The position numbers were made by a program, and so were the translations under genes. From the IMG/VR virus record IMGVR_UViG_3300006903_000012: 64,000 bases of DNA; one strand, given 5' to 3'. Shown piece by piece: positions 51,201 through 55,927 of the stretch (its first letter is position 1; each line of letters begins with the position of its first letter). The notes beneath the pieces were generated by a model. The model was not told the origin of the DNA, did not search any database, and saw nothing but the letters and a program-made list of their open reading frames with translations. The DNA comes from a virus.

Positions 51201-53270
51201 TAACAACTGATCTTGAATATCAGGCAGACAATACCAATCTTGCTCATTTAGAATATCGTCGAGTTTTTCAGATGCGGTAATTTCCGCTTTTTCTATTAAA
51301 TCAATTTTAGATTTTTCTTCATGGTTAATATTCCATTCCCAGATCTTTCCAGTTTTTGTTTCAGATATGATCTTACCCCCAAGAGCTTCGTTCATTGAAT
51401 TTGGCCGAATATTACCATGCTCAACATAAGCTCTAACAGAGTTAATACCCGACGATGCAAGTAACTTAAATATAGCATTTGCTGTTTCTTTTCCAAATCC
51501 AGAACCAGAACGTGACGAATCTATTCGATTGAAGTAGGCATAATCACGATCATTATTGGGTAACTCTACTGTTGCAGTTACTACTATATCATCTTTAGGA
51601 AGTGCATTTTCTAACCAATTTTCTTTTCTTAACCTATCGTTTATTTTAGCATCAAAGAAGAGCCTGTCGCCGGATTGAGTAACAGTTATGTCTAACCTAT
51701 CTGTGTGAATTTTACTGGGAATATTATCTTTTTTACCATACTCACCAGCATGTGATTCTTGATCGTGCTTGCCGGGGAGGTGTTTTTGTATTTCGTTATC
51801 TAACTCAACCAAACTTTTATACTCTTCAAGCGGCGCAACTAATTCTTCCAAATGCTCAATAGTTAACTGATTACCGACTTGCTTAAAAGACTCTTGCAGT
51901 AATTTGCTAAACTTCTTAACTGTCTCACTTGAGTTTCTTAATTGCTTGCCGTCCGCTAACAAATCTTCCGCCAGCGATTTAGCATATTGTTGCATCTCGC
52001 TGTAAGCACTGTCTATTTGATCGAGAGCTTCAGGTTTGTTAGCATCTTCTTGCAGGCCACCGATCGCTTCAGTATCTTGATCGATAGAATCCAGACTATC
52101 ACTAGGGAAACTATCCATACCTTCAAGCCCCGGAGCCGCTGGTAACCCGCTTGTTTTCACGTCAATAATTTTCCACGCCTCAGCTTGTTTCTGAGCATCA
52201 ATCGGTTTCAAGATCGGTTGATTACCAGTCAAAGTCATTAGCATCGTTGCACGTTTACCAGCCAGATCTGCTTGCACACTCGTCTCGCCGGTCATATCAA
52301 TTTTGAACTTGAACTTGAACCCAGATGCAGTCGACATCAGAATCTTTGTATTAATGAGATCCTCGACTAATTGAGCATAGAAACCAGTGCCCGCTCGCGA
52401 CGATACTTTTGAAGACGCTTCCACACCCGCCAATGTACGATCATGCTCAAAGATTCGCAAATCGCCAATTGACAATCCAAACGCAGCACACACCATTTCA
52501 GCAAAACGTTTGAAATTCTCAATCATATTCACATCAGCCGGCGAAAGAGTTAATGGAATAAATCTCGCCGGCTTTGTGTGATCGTACAACAGTGGCATTT
52601 TCATGGGATCAATGTCATTCCACATTTCGCGGAAACCTGTTGCCCATGCGATTGCTTCTGCTTCAGACATATCCATAACATCCAAAATCCCAGCCATCGG
52701 TGTGTTACCCAATTGCTTGAGATAATAAAGATAGATGCGCGAGAGAGCTTCAATCGATAAAAATGCACTTTCAACTGGCGCTTCTTGAAATACTTTGCGA
52801 GTCAAATCAGTTCGTGGTTGAGTAATCAAACGAATCACATCGCCACGACCAAAATAAACTCGATCTAATCCATTATAGGGATTGATCTGTACAAACGGAA
52901 TGTCGCGATCATAGGTGGGGTATAATGTTTCACCATCAATATGATAGAGACCACCAATGATTCCGTCCATTTCAGGATTCGCCACAACTTCAGCATTTCC
53001 CGCAATGGGGAGAATTAGAGCATCTTGCAGCATGCGCGACAACCATACGTCCCAACCATCACCATCATCTGCATCCGCCAGAACTTTCTCGAGATACATT
53101 TTCATCTCGCCTTGTTCTTCTGGCTTATCACTAACTATTTCCCATTCCAAAGATACAAGTTCGCGCAAGATATGCCGAATACAAAGCTTTGTAATCGGCT
53201 CCGTCGCAACTTGATACTTCCACTGAGCTACCGACAAGCGAGTTGGGTTAGCTAAATAAAGCGGTTGCAA
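48201..53270 (-). CDS. 1689-aa fusion: portal protein + GNAT-like + MuF/SPP1-gp7-like head morphogenesis + repeat module + 2H phosphoesterase (LigT-like) + C-terminal module; the real 5' end is probably not the TTG at 53270
   Basis: The portal-like N-terminal ~470 aa is called from position and size. The GNAT-like string is RSGSGFGKETANAIFKLLASSGINSVRAYV. The MuF-like string is NTELNWADSRATLDQM...GWITRGYDVCDIC...HPMTCHCN. Two HxT motifs are HITLVYLG (about 49553-49525) and HVTV (about 49296-49266). There are three HDQ motifs. Confidence 0.65.
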   Translation of the reverse strand: MQPLYLANPTRLSVAQWKYQVATEPITKLCIRHILRELVSLEWEIVSDKPEEQGEMKMYLEKVLADADDGDGWDVWLSRMLQDALILPIAGNAEVVANPEMDGIIGGLYHIDGETLYPTYDRDIPFVQINPYNGLDRVYFGRGDVIRLITQPRTDLTRKVFQEAPVESAFLSIEALSRIYLYYLKQLGNTPMAGILDVMDMSEAEAIAWATGFREMWNDIDPMKMPLLYDHTKPARFIPLTLSPADVNMIENFKRFAEMVCAAFGLSIGDLRIFEHDRTLAGVEASSKVSSRAGTGFYAQLVEDLINTKILMSTASGFKFKFKIDMTGETSVQADLAGKRATMLMTLTGNQPILKPIDAQKQAEAWKIIDVKTSGLPAAPGLEGMDSFPSDSLDSIDQDTEAIGGLQEDANKPEALDQIDSAYSEMQQYAKSLAEDLLADGKQLRNSSETVKKFSKLLQESFKQVGNQLTIEHLEELVAPLEEYKSLVELDNEIQKHLPGKHDQESHAGEYGKKDNIPSKIHTDRLDITVTQSGDRLFFDAKINDRLRKENWLENALPKDDIVVTATVELPNNDRDYAYFNRIDSSRSGSGFGKETANAIFKLLASSGINSVRAYVEHGNIRPNSMNEALGGKIISETKTGKIWEWNINHEEKSKIDLIEKAEITASEKLDDILNEQDWYCLPDIQDQLLDILRQAYSEGSLTAVQDIQQQMFEAGLADRLTLPKEFQFILTNPSVIDLLDARAATLVQHVDSGTKYFLRQNILTGYDNGLSSEEIVDYIQANLFGLKFKKDAGKLSESRIRSIVNTELNWADSRATLDQMTAVGLKTKGWITRGYDVCDICTQNEEQGFVPLDFEYETVFDGETTQHPPAHPMTCHCNLQSNPKEFEDFLKDGGHYWNGDESNAKLKEILEQETQRIIAENKKAVEKHQPGKHNQKKHAGALSSTPVPEDIGKPAVEHKFSKPSVSYYSELGPGSYQRDKFWHPTKSEIKKHLNLLLIKVDGKWYAGRQIENDTSHHELAYSAELSQAAFNRAVRLVLVDTEGGDPWIGSAFGQMGAGNNEDRAYQNLKSALSGLEYFGVPGNTKVKVVSDWKDPEGDKTYRTTIKEKSLPMNSWGQPDQIGKRSRFDSVADAQHYLQQYSLVPVISDSEIDVLGGNYAYAGIVWGTDADEYVEAALVDVGDLPIDDIRAGRAKIFGAKGIKGSKIVEEKAEHDDTCMIALSVPNEIVNLLDFKKSEPHITLVYLGKMDRYFDSLAIRKTIEKVCSEYDQKSLTLNLTGTIITLQEVSVAEVKITPALKHLHDDLVAGLLSNGQAPDRTWEAGGYKPHVTVSDNQLTSMGAEKELAVTWDVFGVWLYLGNEKEFYLFGNSKTEKSLLGFDSYAEKIPGQYRKEFEQFIKDRAKTEDLQSVNDENLKRYYEDFLDMVLHYGFEYYKPEMPALVRSVVKSNNGKYDFDDELPIVVKSLIVEGELKQAARQLQKDGYEILVKHQAGKHDQKTHAGNLEKESGMDFSKTPKTVAQVNRALKVTGRTKTELVKGKGYFYFDDVDLPDQSVHVNSINHLSLRMWMDEYDSKYSELEQKAFYTGTGYSGVHDPDDGRPPDLNFFNRGNFEKLKRLKNLQIDGRTVRVKEEVDNAGDPVTKITDVMAFNSNQALENWLQKIQARPVGRQHYEILGRIEDDKTWPTL

Positions 53271-53559
53271 TTTGTTACAAAGTCTTACAGACCTTTGAGT
53301 AAGTCATTTCTGCTCACTTCTTGCAATTCCTATTTCTTGCAAGTTCAGACTATATCATTATCTTTCTTCAAGATAGTTCCCACATAGTCGTTACACACTT
53401 CCGCAGATGCGGGTTGGCTCGGTATTTGGACTCTCACCATTCACCGAATTCGAGAACTGTTACAACATCCATTACTGGATGAAGCCGCCAAGTTGACGGG
53501 TTAAGTAGGGGGGCGGTTGCTGTATACTCGTCGGCGCAACCGACTTCTGTACAATAAGT
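53268..53559 (-). mobile_element. Group I intron core (I0) abutting the first codons of the portal ORF; 5' splice site unresolved (the element may include HE 53560..54432)
   Basis: P2 is CAUCCAGUAAUGGAUG (about 53484-53463). The core has UUCUCGAAUUCGGUGAAUGG...AAUACCGAGCCAACC, GUGUAACGACUAUGUGGGAA, P8 UAUCUUGAAGAAAGAUA, and AUGAUAUAGUCUGAAC. P9 is UUGCAAG...AUUGCAAG, followed by two more hairpins. A candidate terminal G is at 53268. Confidence 0.7.
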
Positions 53560-54432
53560 TCATCTGCCATCAATATTTCTCCTGAGAAATAATTTCTCAA
53601 CCCGAGCAACTTGCTCTTTTGTGTTCTTCAAAAGTTTTGTATCCCAAATCACAATAACCTTATACCCTGCATCTTTATATGCTTGAATTCTTTTCTTATC
53701 TCTTGGATTATCTTTCGCATGCCAGTAGACACCAAAAAGCTCAACAATTATTTTCTTATTGGTATTTACAAAATCTGGGTTAAACCTATTTACCCAAAAT
53801 GCACCGTTACCCACATATCTAAAACCAAATCGCTTTAGATATCTCATCAGAAGTTTTTCTGGTTTATTTGGACTTCTAGGTTCTAATCGTTTCTCAATAA
53901 CTGCATCTTTCTCACTATCTGACAAACCATCCCAATATTTTCTGAGTGATTTAGAAAGTTTATCTGACCTGAGTTGCTTAGCTTTCCTTGGTGTACGCAA
54001 CCAAGTTTCGGTAACAGATTGCGAAATCTTTTTAGCTATTTCTTGTTCTTCCTCGGCAGTTCGTCTTTTGTGTACTCGCTTAATCGCTTTCGACAAACTT
54101 TTACGAAATTCAGCATCACGCTCAGGAGTAAAGTTTCTTCTGGCTTCCGCTGATTTCCTACCAATTCGTTGTCTTTCTTCTATCGGTACCTTAGCATGTC
54201 TTTTCTTTTGAATCCTTGAAATTCGAGCACAAACTTCGGCAGAGTATTTATTGCCCTTGTTGGGCGATGGTCGACCCAAATTCTGGACAGACAGCAGAAA
54301 CTTAGTCTCATCACTCATCACTCGACCGTTGTGATGATTGATAAATCGTCTTCCAAAATTCGCTCGTTCACCACATCCACATAGACACAACGGTCCTTTT
54401 TTAGATTTAGACTTTTGTTTTCGGCCTGCCAT
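53560..54432 (-). CDS. Vsr-like homing endonuclease with NUMOD3-like repeats (290 aa), adjacent to or within intron I0
   Basis: The C-terminus RYVGNGAFWVNRFNPDFVNTNKKIIVELFGVYWHAKDN matches the family. The N-terminus has CLCGCG plus repeats of S/T.E.......I....K type (SDETKFLLSVQ, SAEVCARISRIQKK, TPERDAEFRKSLSKAIK, TAEEEQEIAKKISQS). Confidence 0.65.
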   Translation of the reverse strand: MAGRKQKSKSKKGPLCLCGCGERANFGRRFINHHNGRVMSDETKFLLSVQNLGRPSPNKGNKYSAEVCARISRIQKKRHAKVPIEERQRIGRKSAEARRNFTPERDAEFRKSLSKAIKRVHKRRTAEEEQEIAKKISQSVTETWLRTPRKAKQLRSDKLSKSLRKYWDGLSDSEKDAVIEKRLEPRSPNKPEKLLMRYLKRFGFRYVGNGAFWVNRFNPDFVNTNKKIIVELFGVYWHAKDNPRDKKRIQAYKDAGYKVIVIWDTKLLKNTKEQVARVEKLFLRRNIDGR

Positions 54433-54461
54433 AATAGACTAATCTCTTTTCACCAATAAAT

Positions 54462-54914
54462 TTATACCGGCAGAATCGCCACAATTTTTACTCTAAATGT
54501 ATCTTCACTAATTGTCTGAGTCACGGTAAATCTAGTCCGTCGACTAGCACCCCGAAGTGTCAAGGTCGCTGAAGAAGCAAACATCGCAACCCCAGCCACA
54601 TCCCATCGCAATAAAAATTCATCATCAACCTGTGATCGGTGCACTAATTCTTTCGACCAATCTGTATAACTATATGTAATTTCTTCAGGTTCAGAGTCTT
54701 CGACAGAAACACTATGTGATCGAAATAATTTTGTAGTTGAATCGACTAACGCAGAATTTGCAGATCCAGATAAAGCTGCAAATAAGTTAGGATAATTCTT
54801 TCTAACCTGGGCCGCATGTTGACCTAAATCCATCAGCGCTTCATCATAAGCCACTTCACCCGAAAAGACTTTCTCTAAAGCTGCTAACACCGCATCTAAT
54901 TCTTTATTTGCCAT
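54462..54914 (-). CDS. Hypothetical protein (150 aa)
   Basis: Minus ORF in the head module; no motif recognised. Confidence 0.55.
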   Translation of the reverse strand: MANKELDAVLAALEKVFSGEVAYDEALMDLGQHAAQVRKNYPNLFAALSGSANSALVDSTTKLFRSHSVSVEDSEPEEITYSYTDWSKELVHRSQVDDEFLLRWDVAGVAMFASSATLTLRGASRRTRFTVTQTISEDTFRVKIVAILPV

Positions 54915-54943
54915 ATAATATTTTCTCGATTCAATCTATCGTC

Positions 54944-55927
54944 TTATAAATTAGATTTCTCTTTAATAAAAAATGCCGATGCAGGAGGTGTCGGTTCGTC
55001 CGAATATCCTTCCCAATCATCGGGAGTTTTATCACTTAAAAAATTAGTTAGGAATTCTGCACGTTTTGGATATCGTTCAGAAAAATAATCAGGAAGAGTG
55101 TAAAACAATTCAACTGACGTTGCAAAATCTTCTGACAAATTAGTCTTACTTAGATGTGCAGAATGGATTTGTCTAGCGTTTTTCTTCTCACTATTGATTA
55201 CATTTTTCCAAAGCTTAGATCTGCTAAAACTTAAAGAACCCTTACTGGCACCCATTGCAGCGTCCAAATTATGTGCCAACTCGTGAATCGCTGACCGTTC
55301 ATCGGTATAATTCAAAACTGGTGGATGAGAGTCTTGTTCTTCAAGTGGACGACTCACTACGGAAAATGTCCCAGCAATTCCAGTAACAAACCCTTTCTTT
55401 CTAGAAAAAACTCTCTTCCTATATTTAGAAATTTCATTCTTTGCCCAAGACGGAAATCTTCCTAAAGCCTGCTCATAAACCGCTGCATCGTTCTCGTAAG
55501 TCGCAAAATTTCTAACCATCGAACCAGCATGCGTTTTCTGGTCATGCTGGCCGGGCAAATGCTTTCCAATACTTCCACTTGTCTCTTTCCGGCCCACTAA
55601 CATCTTCAATCGCCCCTTCGGCGTCAATAGCAACGTCCGAGTTGTACCACCTGCACTACCATTACTTGTTTCTAACTGCTCAACTAAACCTTGTCGCACT
55701 AATTCGTGAATCTCATTTTTGTGCTGCATCCAATAAACATCTGAAAGTGCGTGACCTTCAGTTTCTATTTTGTAGAGAATTTCAGATTCGAAATTAGATT
55801 GGCCGAGTTGAGATTCGTCGATATTAGACTTTTCAACAGATGCTCGTCTCTTCGGATCATGCAAAGAATGTATCTCAGTAACTAAATCAAGAACATAGTT
55901 CCCATCGCTATCAGTATAAATTTTCAT
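54944..55927 (-). CDS. HExxH (zincin-like) metallopeptidase-motif protein with one HDQ motif (327 aa)
   Basis: Contains GKHLPGQHDQKTHAG (about 55567-55523), then AIHELAHNLD (55291-55262). Confidence 0.5.
   Translation of the reverse strand: MKIYTDSDGNYVLDLVTEIHSLHDPKRRASVEKSNIDESQLGQSNFESEILYKIETEGHALSDVYWMQHKNEIHELVRQGLVEQLETSNGSAGGTTRTLLLTPKGRLKMLVGRKETSGSIGKHLPGQHDQKTHAGSMVRNFATYENDAAVYEQALGRFPSWAKNEISKYRKRVFSRKKGFVTGIAGTFSVVSRPLEEQDSHPPVLNYTDERSAIHELAHNLDAAMGASKGSLSFSRSKLWKNVINSEKKNARQIHSAHLSKTNLSEDFATSVELFYTLPDYFSERYPKRAEFLTNFLSDKTPDDWEGYSDEPTPPASAFFIKEKSNL

Noticed and set aside
37843-53270. TTG start codons assigned by the ORF track at 37843, 41254 and 53270
   Set aside because: None has a Shine-Dalgarno sequence, and each sits a few nt downstream of a ribozyme P9 region. 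They are the first in-frame start-like codons of exon interiors, not initiation sites.
54433-54545. ACGGACUAGA ... GAGAUUAGUCUAUU strings resembling P7/P7' of yet another intron, upstream of endonuclease 53560..54432
   Set aside because: The first string lies inside the well-formed 150-aa ORF 54462..54914. No P4/P4' (UCGGUG...CACCGAG) or P2 AGUAAU hairpin accompanies them, so this is probably coincidence.
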